Of a stretch of 64,000 bases of DNA, positions 24,947 through 34,439 are shown piece after piece; the stretch's first letter is position 1, and every line of letters starts with the position of its first letter. Source of the DNA: Ruminococcus sp. Phil11 (GTDB lineage: Bacteria; Bacillota; Clostridia; Oscillospirales; Ruminococcaceae); NCBI GenBank assembly GCA_001940925.1, contig MSGZ01000009.1, forward strand, positions 49,908-113,907. The letters are read 5' to 3'. The notes under the pieces were generated by a model, which saw only the letters and a program-made list of their open reading frames with translations, was not told where the DNA came from and did not search any database. Both the position numbers and the translations under genes were made by a program.

Positions 24947-25714
24947 ATGGATATCCTTGAAACCATACAGCAAAAGCTCGATGAGATCGAGAAAAAAGAG
25001 CATGTGCGGATTCTGCACGCTGTTGAATCCGGCAGCCGTGCCTGGGGCTTTGCCTCGCCGGACAGCGATTACGATGTGCGGTTCATCTATGTCCGCACGG
25101 AGGAGGATTATCTGAAGCTCGGCAAACAGCGTGATGTCATTGAATGGCAGCTTGATGAAACACTTGATATCAACGGCTGGGACCTGCAAAAGGCACTGCG
25201 GCTGATGCACGGCTCCAATCCGACGCTGTTTGAGTGGTGCGATTCGCCGGTCGTGTACCGGACAACGGAGCTCTGGCAGCAGATCAGCCGGCAGGGCAGC
25301 GTATATTTTTCGGAACGTGCGGGCTTTCTGCATTATCTGAGTATGGCAAAGCACAATTATCAGGCGTATCTGACCGGCGAAACCGTCCGCCTGAAAAAGT
25401 ATTTCTATGTTCTGCGGCCGGTGCTGGCCTGCCGCTGGATTCAGCACCGGCACAGCGCGCCGCCGGTCGCATTCGGCGCACTTTCTGACAGTATGCTGCC
25501 GGCGGAACTGCGGGAGACCGTGGCAGGGCTGGTCGAACAGAAAATGCAGACGCCGGAGTTCGGAACAGGCACGCGTGTGCCGCTGCTGCATGAATATCTC
25601 GAACGCAGCCTGAAAGAACTTGAACAGGAAGCCGTACAGCTCCCTGCTGCGCCTGAAAAAGACTGGGCACTGCTGGACAGGCTGTTTCTGGAGGCTGTGC
25701 GTGCAGAAGGCTGA
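24947..25714 (+). CDS. Nucleotidyltransferase-domain protein (RlaP / PF10127-like)
   Basis: ESGSRAWGFASPDSDYDVRFIYV...DINGWDLQKALRLMHGSNPTLFEW. Confidence 0.7.
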   Translation: MDILETIQQKLDEIEKKEHVRILHAVESGSRAWGFASPDSDYDVRFIYVRTEEDYLKLGKQRDVIEWQLDETLDINGWDLQKALRLMHGSNPTLFEWCDSPVVYRTTELWQQISRQGSVYFSERAGFLHYLSMAKHNYQAYLTGETVRLKKYFYVLRPVLACRWIQHRHSAPPVAFGALSDSMLPAELRETVAGLVEQKMQTPEFGTGTRVPLLHEYLERSLKELEQEAVQLPAAPEKDWALLDRLFLEAVRAEG

Positions 25715-25762
25715 GATTGCGAATCACGGTTTGCGGGTTCCGCCCGCTTGGAGATTGATTGA

Positions 25763-26620
25763 ATGGAATCCTTAATCAAGATTGACAATGTCCGGTTTTC
25801 CTATCAGAACACGGAGGAGCCGGAAAAGCAGACAGAGGTGCTCAAAGGCATCTCACTGGAATTTGAACACGGCGAGCTGGTTGCGGTGCTTGGGCATAAC
25901 GGTTCCGGCAAATCGACCATGGCAAAGCTGCTGAACGCGATTCTGCTGCCTACGGAGGGCACCGTCACGGTCGCCGGCATGGATACGAAAGACGAGGACA
26001 AGCTTCTCGATATCCGGCAGCATGTCGGCATGGTGTTCCAGAATCCCGATAACCAGATCGTTGCAACGATCGTTGAGGAGGATGTCGCGTTCGGGCTCGA
26101 AAACCTCGGCGTCCCGACGGACGAGATGCGCGCACGCGTCGATCAGGCACTCCATGCGGTCGGCATGTACGAGTTCCGTGAGCACGCGCCGCATCAGCTT
26201 TCCGGCGGTCAGAAGCAGCGCGTCGCGATCGCCGGTATCATTGCCATGCGTCCGGACTGCATCGTGCTGGACGAACCGACCGCGATGCTTGATCCGCAGG
26301 GCAGAAAAGAGGTCATGCGGACAATTAAACTGCTGAACCGCGATTACGGCATCACGGTCATTCTCATTACGCATGAAATGGACGAGGCTGCACAGTGCGA
26401 CCGCGTCATTGTGATTGACCACGGCACTGTGCACATGGATGCACCGCCGGAGAAGGTCTTTTCGCATGTGCGGGAGATGCGTGAGCTGGGGCTTGATGTC
26501 CCGCAGCCGACAGAGCTCTGTGATCTGCTGCGGCAGTCGGGCTATGACCTCGACCCCGAGATCATGACGCCGGAGGCCGCTGCGGATGCAATCGCAAAGC
26601 TGCTAACCGATAAGAAATGA
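25763..26620 (+). CDS. ecfA1: Energy-coupling factor transporter ATPase EcfA1
   Basis: GHNGSGKST, LSGGQKQRVAIAGIIA, IVLDEPTAMLDP. Sits in the conserved ecfA1-ecfA2-ecfT-truA order. Confidence 0.9.
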   Translation: MESLIKIDNVRFSYQNTEEPEKQTEVLKGISLEFEHGELVAVLGHNGSGKSTMAKLLNAILLPTEGTVTVAGMDTKDEDKLLDIRQHVGMVFQNPDNQIVATIVEEDVAFGLENLGVPTDEMRARVDQALHAVGMYEFREHAPHQLSGGQKQRVAIAGIIAMRPDCIVLDEPTAMLDPQGRKEVMRTIKLLNRDYGITVILITHEMDEAAQCDRVIVIDHGTVHMDAPPEKVFSHVREMRELGLDVPQPTELCDLLRQSGYDLDPEIMTPEAAADAIAKLLTDKK

Positions 26621-26665
26621 CCTTTGATTGTGCGGGGACACCCCGCCGGAAAGGAATCTGATTCA

Positions 26666-27532
26666 ATGCCGATCCTTGAAGCAAAAGACCTGACCTATAC
26701 ATACAGCATCGGCTCGCCGTTTGAGAAAACCGCAGTCGATCATATCAATCTGCAGATCGGGCAGGGGGAGTTCGTCGGAATCATCGGGCATACCGGCTCC
26801 GGCAAATCCACGCTCATGCAGATGATGAACGGCCTCTTAAAGCCGACCGCCGGCACGGTTCTGCTGGACGGAAAGGATATCTGGGAGAAGGGAGCCGACC
26901 GCAGAAGCGTGCGCTTTCAGGTCGGGCTGGTGTTCCAGTATCCCGAATATCAGCTGTTTGAGGAGACTGTATATAAAGATATCGCATTCGGGCCGAAGAA
27001 CATGGGGCTCGACGAAAAGGAGATCGACCGCAGAGTGCGCGAGACCGCCGAGGCCGTCGGGCTCAAAGAGGAACTTCTCGAAAAGGCACCCTATGCACTT
27101 TCCGGCGGACAGAAGCGCAGAGTCGCGATCGCGGGCGTTATGGCTATGGAGCCGCGTGTGCTGATTCTGGACGAGCCGACTGCCGGTCTTGACCCGAAGG
27201 GCAGAACGAAAATTCTGTCACAGCTTCGCCAATACCATAAGCGGACCGGCTGCACGGTCATGCTGGTTTCCCACAGTATGGAGGATGTTGCGAAGTATGT
27301 TTCAAAGCTGCTGGTGCTCTCCCATGCAAAGGTCGTCTGCTATGATACACCTGCAAATGTCTTTGCAAGAGGCGATGAGCTCGAAAAAATGGGACTCGCA
27401 CTGCCGCAGATCACGCGGGTGTTCCGTCTGCTCAGAGACCGCGGCATTACATTCCCGGATGAGGTCTATACCGTGAACTACGGCGCGGAGCTGCTGCGGG
27501 CCAGACTGGAGGGGAGGGAACCGCAATGCTGA
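26666..27532 (+). CDS. ecfA2: Energy-coupling factor transporter ATPase EcfA2
   Basis: ATG 26666 (MPILEAKDLTYTY). GHTGSGKST, LSGGQKRRVAIAGVMA, LILDEPTAGLDP. Confidence 0.9.
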   Translation: MPILEAKDLTYTYSIGSPFEKTAVDHINLQIGQGEFVGIIGHTGSGKSTLMQMMNGLLKPTAGTVLLDGKDIWEKGADRRSVRFQVGLVFQYPEYQLFEETVYKDIAFGPKNMGLDEKEIDRRVRETAEAVGLKEELLEKAPYALSGGQKRRVAIAGVMAMEPRVLILDEPTAGLDPKGRTKILSQLRQYHKRTGCTVMLVSHSMEDVAKYVSKLLVLSHAKVVCYDTPANVFARGDELEKMGLALPQITRVFRLLRDRGITFPDEVYTVNYGAELLRARLEGREPQC

Positions 27533-28332
27533 AAGATATCACGCTCGGACAGTACTTCCCCATGGACAGCGTCGTCCACAAAATGGATGCACGCTATAAG
27601 ATCATCATTACGATGCTCTTTCTGGTGATGCTTTTCTGGGGACAGCATCTCACGGCACTGATCGCCGGACTGTTCTTTGTCATCGTTGCGACGGCACTTT
27701 CCTGGATTCCGCCGAAAATGGTCATCAGGAGCCTGAAACCGATCATCTCGATCCTTGTGATTACGGGATTGCTGAATCTGTTTATGCTGGACGGCGGCGC
27801 GACGCTGTTTCAGTGGAAGTTCCTTAAAATTACCGAGCAGGGTGTGCAGACCTCTGTGTTCATGCTCGTGCGGATCTGCCTGCTGATCGCGGGCACCTCG
27901 CTGCTGACCTACACGACCTCGCCGATCGTTCTGACCGATGCGATCGAATCGCTGCTGTCGCCGCTCAAAAAGCTGAATATGCCGGTGCATGAGCTTGCCA
28001 TGATGATGACGATTGCGCTGCGCTTTATCCCGACGCTGATCGAGGAGACCGACAAGATCATGTCCGCGCAGAAGGCGCGCGGTGCCGATCTCGAAAGCGG
28101 CAACATCATTCAGCGCGCACATGCGCTCGTGCCGATCCTGATTCCGCTGTTTGTATCGGCGTTCCGGCGTGCGGAGGAGCTGGCACTTGCAATGGAATGC
28201 CGCTGCTATCACGGCGGCGAGGGCAGGACGCGGCTCCGCGTGCTGAAAAGCGGGATGCGGGACTACATCGCACTCGGCCTGATGATCCTGATGCTGGCGG
28301 CTGTCATCGTGCTGAACGCCGTGCTCTACTGA
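27526..28332 (+). CDS. ecfT: Energy-coupling factor transporter transmembrane protein EcfT
   Basis: MLKDITLGQYFPMDSVVHKMDARYKII...; polytopic; ARG.D..S motif (QKARGADLESG). Confidence 0.88.
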   Translation: MLKDITLGQYFPMDSVVHKMDARYKIIITMLFLVMLFWGQHLTALIAGLFFVIVATALSWIPPKMVIRSLKPIISILVITGLLNLFMLDGGATLFQWKFLKITEQGVQTSVFMLVRICLLIAGTSLLTYTTSPIVLTDAIESLLSPLKKLNMPVHELAMMMTIALRFIPTLIEETDKIMSAQKARGADLESGNIIQRAHALVPILIPLFVSAFRRAEELALAMECRCYHGGEGRTRLRVLKSGMRDYIALGLMILMLAAVIVLNAVLY

Positions 28333-28344
28333 TCGGAGGCACGA

Positions 28345-29103
28345 ATGCGGACACTGAAAATGACGATCGCTTACCGCGGTACGCGCTACCACGGTTTTCA
28401 GCGGCAGCCGAATGCCGTGACGGTACAGGGCGAGCTCGAACGGCAGCTTTCCCGCGTGCTGAATGGTCCGGTGACAGTCTATGGCTGCTCGCGGACAGAC
28501 ACAGGCGTCCATGCAAATGCATTTGTGCTGCATCTGCATACAGAACGGGAGATCCGCTGCAAAAATCTGGTGCGGGCTATGAACGGCTATCTGCCGGATG
28601 ACATTTCCGTGCTGGCCTGCGAGGATACCGACGCGGATTTCCATGCGCGGTTTGACTGCAAAGGCAAGGAATACCTCTACCGGATCCACAATCACGAGAG
28701 CAAGAACCCGTTTCAGACCGACCTCGCGTTTCACTACCGGCGGCCGCTCGATACCGAGCTGATCCGGTATGCGGCGGGGTTCATGGTCGGGCGGCACGAT
28801 TTTCACAGCTTTTGTGCACAGGCTGCCCCCGAAGCTGACTGCATCCGCACGATCTACCGGACGGATGTGCAGCGGCACGGTGATGCCGTGGAGATCCGCA
28901 TCCGCGGGGACGGCTTCCTCTACAATATGGTGCGGATCTTTGTCGGTACGCTGCTCGATATCAATGAGGGCGTGTTTCCGCCGGACGCGATGAAGGAGAT
29001 CATCGAAGCGAAAGACCGCCTTGCCGCCGGCAGAACTGCAATGGCGCACGGGCTTTATCTCGATCAGGTTTTTTACGATACGGCAGATTTAGAAACAATA
29101 TGA
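28345..29103 (+). CDS. truA: tRNA pseudouridine(38-40) synthase TruA
   Basis: IAYRGTRYHGFQRQPN...GCSRTDTGVHA...FLYNMVRIFVGTL. Confidence 0.92.
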   Translation: MRTLKMTIAYRGTRYHGFQRQPNAVTVQGELERQLSRVLNGPVTVYGCSRTDTGVHANAFVLHLHTEREIRCKNLVRAMNGYLPDDISVLACEDTDADFHARFDCKGKEYLYRIHNHESKNPFQTDLAFHYRRPLDTELIRYAAGFMVGRHDFHSFCAQAAPEADCIRTIYRTDVQRHGDAVEIRIRGDGFLYNMVRIFVGTLLDINEGVFPPDAMKEIIEAKDRLAAGRTAMAHGLYLDQVFYDTADLETI

Positions 29104-29133
29104 TGCTGCCGTTCAGCGAAGGAAGGGAATGCA

Positions 29134-30348
29134 ATGAAACCGCACAGACCCAGAACCGCGAAACCGAAAAATCAGAAGGCTCCGCGGGATATCTATGCGA
29201 TGCGCAAACGGAAAAAGCGCAGGAAGGTACTGATCCAGTGCATCTGGCTGCTGCTGCTTTCCATGACGATCCTGATCCTCTATCAGCGGCGGGATTCGTG
29301 GATCCCGAAGCTGGAGACCATGGGGATGCGGCATCAGGCCGGCAGGCAGAGTGTCCGCACAGACAGGGACGGCAATTTCCCGATCGACATGTACGGCGAT
29401 ACGGACTATCAGGTCGGGCAGGCGGGCGGCAGACTGCTGGTGCTGAATGAATCCTACCTGTTTATCTACGATACAGAAGGCACGATGCTTTCGTCCAGAC
29501 AGCACGCCTACGGCAGTGCCATGCTCCGGACGCAGGGTGAATATGCGCTGGTCTATGAATACGGCGGCACGAGCTTCCGGCTTGAAACGCCCGCGAAAAT
29601 GCGGTATGAAAAAAAGACCGCCGACCCGATCATTTTCGGGCGCGTCTCCGCGGAGGGCGAGGTCGCGCTGGTGACAGGCTCGGACAGCTGCTCGTGCAGG
29701 CTGCTGGTGTTCAACTTAAAGGGACAGCAGTTCTATGAGCGCGACTGCGTAGAGCGCATCACGGATGTGTCGTTCCATGCGGACGGCAGCGGCTGCTATG
29801 CCGTCAGCACGGATGTGGCCGAGGGAAGTCTCTGTTCGGTGCTCCATTCTTACAGTTTTTCGCAGAAGGAGGACCTTTGGACCAGTCAACCCCTTGACAT
29901 GCTCGCGATTTCGGTATATAATACAGAGGACGGGTCTGTGTTCCTGCTCGGAGATACACAGTGCTGCTGGTTCGGGGCGGACGGCGTACAGTCCGGGAGC
30001 TATGTCTATCCGGATGCGCTGAAAACCGCTGCCTTTGCGGGCGGTACGGCTGCACTGGTGCTGTCGAATCAGGAACAGCGCACGGAATCCGTCGTCATTC
30101 TCGGCATGGACGGTGCAGCACCGGCAGTCCGCGATTATACGCGAACCGTCAAGGCGATCGGCGTCCGTCCGGAGGACAGCAGAGTGACCGTCATGCTGCG
30201 CAATCAGATCGAAGTGCTGAATACGGCGGGAGGTCTGGTCGGCACCGCTCCGGTACCGGACATCTGCGACGGCTTTCAGCGCGTCGGCGGCTATCTGTTC
30301 CTGCTCGGCTATGACCGCATCAGCCGGATGGAGGATCCCGGCTTCTGA
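29134..30348 (+). CDS. Membrane-anchored protein of unknown function (basic N-terminus, one TM, beta-rich ectodomain)
   Basis: MKPHRPRTAKPKNQKAP...KKRRKVLIQCIWLLLLSMTILILY followed by ~340 aa without recognisable catalytic motifs. Confidence 0.5.
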   Translation: MKPHRPRTAKPKNQKAPRDIYAMRKRKKRRKVLIQCIWLLLLSMTILILYQRRDSWIPKLETMGMRHQAGRQSVRTDRDGNFPIDMYGDTDYQVGQAGGRLLVLNESYLFIYDTEGTMLSSRQHAYGSAMLRTQGEYALVYEYGGTSFRLETPAKMRYEKKTADPIIFGRVSAEGEVALVTGSDSCSCRLLVFNLKGQQFYERDCVERITDVSFHADGSGCYAVSTDVAEGSLCSVLHSYSFSQKEDLWTSQPLDMLAISVYNTEDGSVFLLGDTQCCWFGADGVQSGSYVYPDALKTAAFAGGTAALVLSNQEQRTESVVILGMDGAAPAVRDYTRTVKAIGVRPEDSRVTVMLRNQIEVLNTAGGLVGTAPVPDICDGFQRVGGYLFLLGYDRISRMEDPGF

Positions 30349-30428
30349 TCCGTGGGGGGATCATCAGTTTATTTTTCGGAAAGAGCGCAGCAGAAGGATG
30401 AAATACTGCTCGCGGGGAGGATTGTTTC

Positions 30429-31328
30429 ATGGGCTGGATTTTAGACATTTTTGTCGTACTGATCATCGGATACGTCATTTACTCGAACGCAAAACGCGGC
30501 TTCAACAAGGTCATTGCATTCGGCGTCGGTTATCTTGTGATGACCATTCTTGCTTCGGTCATTGCTTCTGCGGCTGCCCCTGCATTTTATGACGGCGTGG
30601 CGCGGGATTCCAATATCAATGCACTGATGACCGCAAATGATCATGTTCAGTTTGAAAAGGTCTTTGCCCAGGCGATCAATGCGCAGAATTACGGCTTCAC
30701 GGCGAGCGAAAACAGCGTTAAGCGCGTGCTGGAAAAATACGATCAGGGAAGCTTTGACGACCGGCTGTATCAGTATGTGCGTTCCAACACCGCGGATATC
30801 GGCGTGGGTAAGGCACAGTTCAGCCAGCTGATGCTCGACACCTTCATCGAATGCTACGGCAAGGAGCTCGGCGAGCGCGTGCCGGAATATGTCATTGCGT
30901 CCTTCACCAAGAATGCGAAGGAGGATCCGGAGATCGCCCGCGACATCATGCGTACATACTACGATACCAGAAAGAGCAATTATGACCGTGCGGAGATGAT
31001 CGAAAAGCAGTTCAGCGAATCTGCGACAACGGAGGTGCTTCAGATCTTCATGTATCTGATCCTGTTCTCCATGTTCATGGTGCTTGCCGCAGTGATCGCG
31101 ACCATGCTGCAGAATAAGATCTTCTTCAATATCACGCGCGGCGCGGACAGAGTCATGGGCGGCATCGTCGGACTGCTGGAAGCAGGCAGCCTGCTCGTGC
31201 TGCTGACGCTGATCGTCAGGCTGATTGTGGTGCTCGGTGCCGGAAAGTTCATGTTCTTCAACGACGATGACCTGAACAACAGCTTCATCTTCTCGATCCT
31301 TTACCGCAATCTCCGCATTTTACTGTAA
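30429..31328 (+). CDS. CvpA-family membrane protein
   Basis: MGWILDIFVVLIIGYVIYSNAKRGFNKV... is a typical CvpA N-terminus. Additional TM segments lie at the C-terminus. Confidence 0.55.
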   Translation: MGWILDIFVVLIIGYVIYSNAKRGFNKVIAFGVGYLVMTILASVIASAAAPAFYDGVARDSNINALMTANDHVQFEKVFAQAINAQNYGFTASENSVKRVLEKYDQGSFDDRLYQYVRSNTADIGVGKAQFSQLMLDTFIECYGKELGERVPEYVIASFTKNAKEDPEIARDIMRTYYDTRKSNYDRAEMIEKQFSESATTEVLQIFMYLILFSMFMVLAAVIATMLQNKIFFNITRGADRVMGGIVGLLEAGSLLVLLTLIVRLIVVLGAGKFMFFNDDDLNNSFIFSILYRNLRILL

Positions 31329-31439
31329 CATGAAATGCTGCACCTCTGCCGTCCTATGCGGCAGGGGCGCAGTTCTCACATAACAGAAACAGGTTTTACG
31401 CAACAGAAAGGAGTGTGTCCCCGCCGGGGATCGCAGCAA

Positions 31440-33773
31440 ATGGTTTTATGCAGTCAGTGTAAGAAACGGCCGGCTGTGGTGTTCATCACCAGTATGCACG
31501 GCTCTGAAAAGCGCAACGAAGGCCTCTGCCTTGTCTGCGCCAAGAAAATGAATATCCCGCAGGTCGCGGAATATATGGAGCACATGGGCATCACCGATGA
31601 CGACATCGAACAGATGAGCGAGCAGATGATGGACATCATGGGCGACGAGGACGAAAACTTCGAGATGGGCGGTGCAAGCACGCTGCCGAATTTTATTCAG
31701 CGGCTCTTTACCGATCATCCGCTTTCCTCCTCCGATTCCGAGAAGCCGGAAAAGGAGAAGGAGCCGAAGAAGGAAAAGCCTGTGAGCAGTGATCCCTTTG
31801 CGCAGCGTCCCTCCGGCAAGGCCGACGACAATAAGCGCAAAAAAAAGGAGCGGAAAAAGGAACTCAAGTATCTCGACAGCTACTGCACGAATCTCAGCAA
31901 GCGCGCCGAGGACGGCCTCATGGACGGCGTCATCGGGCGTGATACCGAAATCGCGCGCGTGATCCAGATCCTTTCGCGCAGACAGAAGAACAACCCCTGC
32001 CTGATCGGTGAGCCGGGCGTCGGCAAGACCGCCGTCGCGGAGGGCATCGCGCTGCGGATCGCATCCGGCGATGTGCCGTTCCACCTCAAGGACAAGAAGA
32101 TCTATCTGCTCGATATGACCGCGCTGGTCGCCGGTACGCAGTTCCGCGGTCAGTTCGAGAGCCGCGTCAAGGGGCTCGTCGAGGAGGTCAAGGAGCAGGG
32201 GAATGTCATCCTGTTCATTGACGAGGTGCACAGTCTGGTCGGTGCGGGCGATTCCGAGGGTTCGATGAATGCCGCGAATATCCTGAAGCCGGCACTCTCC
32301 CGCGGCGAGGTGCAGGTCATCGGTGCGACGACCTTTACCGAGTACCGCAAGTATATCGAAAAGGACGGCGCGCTCGAACGCCGCTTCCAGCCGGTCAAGG
32401 TCGATGAACCGACCATTGAGGATACCGTTGAGATCCTGAAGGGCGTTGCAAAGTATTACGAGTCCTTCCACCGCGTCAAAATCTCTCCGGCGATGCTGCG
32501 GCTCTGTGCCGTGCTCTCCGAGCGTTATATCACCGACCGCTTCCTGCCGGATAAGGCGATCGACCTGCTGGATGAAAGCTGCGCGTATGTCAGCATCAAG
32601 CATCCGGAGCTGACCGAAATGGAGCGGCTCATGTCCGCGATCGCGGAAAAGCAGGAGGAGATTGAGGCGATCGAAAGCGACACGAACCCGGATTATCAGC
32701 TGCTGGCCGAACGCAAGGGCGAAATGATCCGTCTGCGGGCGCGGCAGGAGGAGCTGAATGCGAATCCGGTCGAGGTGCAGGTCGAGGCAGGCGATCTCGC
32801 GCATGTCATCGAGATCTGGACGGGGATCCCCGCGAACAAGATCGAGGAATCCGAGTACGCAAAGCTGCGCGATCTCGAAGCACATCTCAGCGAGCATATC
32901 ATCGGGCAGGAGGAAGCGATCTCCGCACTGGCACGCGCGATCAAGCGCAGCCGCATCCAGATGTCCGCAAGACGCAGACCCGCTTCGTTCATCTTTGTCG
33001 GCCCGACCGGCGTCGGCAAGACGGAGCTCGTCAAGGTGCTCTCCAACGAGCTGTTTGATTCCACCGAGCCGCTGATCCGGCTCGATATGACCGAGTATAT
33101 GGAAAAGCACGCCGTTTCGCGGATGATCGGTTCGCCCCCCGGCTATGTCGGCTATGACGAGGCGGGTCAGCTCACCGAGAAGGTGCGCCGCAGACCGTAT
33201 TCCGTGATCCTGTTCGACGAGATCGAAAAAGCACACCCGGATGTCATGAACCTGCTGCTGCAGATCCTTGACGAGGGCAAGATCGACGATGCACAGGGCA
33301 GAACGGTCAACTTTGAGAATACGATCATCATTATGACGAGCAACGCGGGCAGCACCGATAAATCCACGGGCGTCGGCTTCAACCGCACCGAGGAGGAGAT
33401 CTCCCGCGAGAAGGCGCTCAAAGCACTCAAGGACTTCCTGCGCCCCGAGTTCGTCGGCAGAATCGACGAGATCATCGTGTTCAAGCCGCTGTCTGTCACG
33501 GACTACGAGAAGATCGCAGACCTGATGCTGCGCGAGACTGCGGATGCGCTCTCCGAGCGGGGACTGCTGCTCGACTGGGACGACGCTGCGCTCAAATACA
33601 TTGCGGAGAAGGCGCACGGTCACCGCTACGGTGCGCGTGATATCCGTCATGTGCTGCGCGACGAGGTCGAGGACAAGATCGCCGGCCTGATCGTCGATGC
33701 GGAGCTCCCGCTGCATGTGCTGCATATCCGCGGCAGTGCGGACGGCGTGAAGCTTGAAACTGCGGATGCATAA
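31440..33773 (+). CDS. ClpA/B/C-family AAA+ ATPase (two NBDs) with an N-terminal 4-Cys zinc ribbon instead of Clp_N repeats
   Basis: CSQCKKRP...CLVCAKK. NBD1: [22 protein letters not shown]2: [21 protein letters not shown]. Sensor: GARDIR. Start is ATG 31440, with a weak GGGGA SD. Confidence 0.85.
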   Translation: MVLCSQCKKRPAVVFITSMHGSEKRNEGLCLVCAKKMNIPQVAEYMEHMGITDDDIEQMSEQMMDIMGDEDENFEMGGASTLPNFIQRLFTDHPLSSSDSEKPEKEKEPKKEKPVSSDPFAQRPSGKADDNKRKKKERKKELKYLDSYCTNLSKRAEDGLMDGVIGRDTEIARVIQILSRRQKNNPCLIGEPGVGKTAVAEGIALRIASGDVPFHLKDKKIYLLDMTALVAGTQFRGQFESRVKGLVEEVKEQGNVILFIDEVHSLVGAGDSEGSMNAANILKPALSRGEVQVIGATTFTEYRKYIEKDGALERRFQPVKVDEPTIEDTVEILKGVAKYYESFHRVKISPAMLRLCAVLSERYITDRFLPDKAIDLLDESCAYVSIKHPELTEMERLMSAIAEKQEEIEAIESDTNPDYQLLAERKGEMIRLRARQEELNANPVEVQVEAGDLAHVIEIWTGIPANKIEESEYAKLRDLEAHLSEHIIGQEEAISALARAIKRSRIQMSARRRPASFIFVGPTGVGKTELVKVLSNELFDSTEPLIRLDMTEYMEKHAVSRMIGSPPGYVGYDEAGQLTEKVRRRPYSVILFDEIEKAHPDVMNLLLQILDEGKIDDAQGRTVNFENTIIIMTSNAGSTDKSTGVGFNRTEEEISREKALKALKDFLRPEFVGRIDEIIVFKPLSVTDYEKIADLMLRETADALSERGLLLDWDDAALKYIAEKAHGHRYGARDIRHVLRDEVEDKIAGLIVDAELPLHVLHIRGSADGVKLETADA

Positions 33774-33779
33774 GAAAAA

Positions 33780-33807
33780 GCCCTGCCGGAGATGACTTCG
33801 GCAGGGC
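33780..33807 (-). terminator. Hairpin immediately after the clp stop; its U-tract is only on the minus strand
   Basis: GCCCTGCCG-loop-CGGCAGGGC. The plus strand continues GATCTGC. The minus strand continues TTTTTCTTA. Confidence 0.55.
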
Positions 33808-33820
33808 GATCTGCATACGG

Positions 33821-33857
33821 GCAAAAAAATGCCGGATAACCTGGGAGAGTTATCCGG
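33821..33857 (-). terminator. Minus-strand intrinsic terminator
   Basis: Minus strand reads CCGGATAAC-TCTCCCAG-GTTATCCGG followed by CATTTTTTTGC. Confidence 0.65.
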
Positions 33858-33943
33858 ATCTTAAGGAAAGAGGTTACCATAAGCAAATCGCGCAGGGAAC
33901 TTCGTAAATACTGGGTTCTCAGCACTCATTGATATGTTTAACA
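33823..33943 (-). ncRNA. Candidate ~120-nt small RNA (orphan promoter + terminator, no convincing ORF)
   Basis: The minus-strand promoter is TTGACA (33978-33973), an exact 17-nt spacer, then TATACT (33955-33950). The terminator is at 33857-33821. The transcript contains the C/U-rich stretch ACCUCUUUCCUU. Confidence 0.35.
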
Positions 33944-34360
33944 ATATATAGTATACCCCAAATCACTTAATTTGTCAATATTTAGCTTGTGATTTCAGTA
34001 TAACGTACAGTAATATCGTGCGCGCTTATTGGATATGGTATAGAACGCACCAAAAATTATAATGATATTGCTGATTCGGCAAGAATCTTCCTCAATAAAT
34101 GAAGCCGGAAACTGACGTATCTGCGTATATCGGGAGACGATCGCTGATAACCGGTGCACGATCGGACAGAAACAGCGGAATTGACCGGCGGACGGTTGCA
34201 GTTGTGCGGCACAGAAATACAGATTGTTTTGATTTTAACGATGTTCACAGAATTTTCATGTATTTTATGGAGATAAAAAGACAGCATAAATGCGGGAATG
34301 CATCAGATTTCCTGCATATATGCGGAAAAATCCTGAAAAATATAGGCTACAAAAAAACAT

Positions 34361-34388
34361 TTGAAAAAGACGGAAAATGCTGTATAAT
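34361..34388 (+). promoter_or_regulatory. Promoter of gdhA
   Basis: TTGAAA 34361-34366, 16-nt spacer, TATAAT 34383-34388. Confidence 0.55.
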
Positions 34389-34439
34389 AGTGTGTGGACA
34401 CACGAGTCCCAAAGTCTATTTTGTAAGGAGATTTTTGTT

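Noticed and set aside
33647-34287. Minus-strand ORFs 33647..33925 and 34057..34287 as possible protein products of the orphan minus-strand promoter.
   Set aside because: The first starts at a GTG without an SD and runs antisense into the clp gene through two terminators. The second lies upstream of the promoter. Neither has recognisable features.
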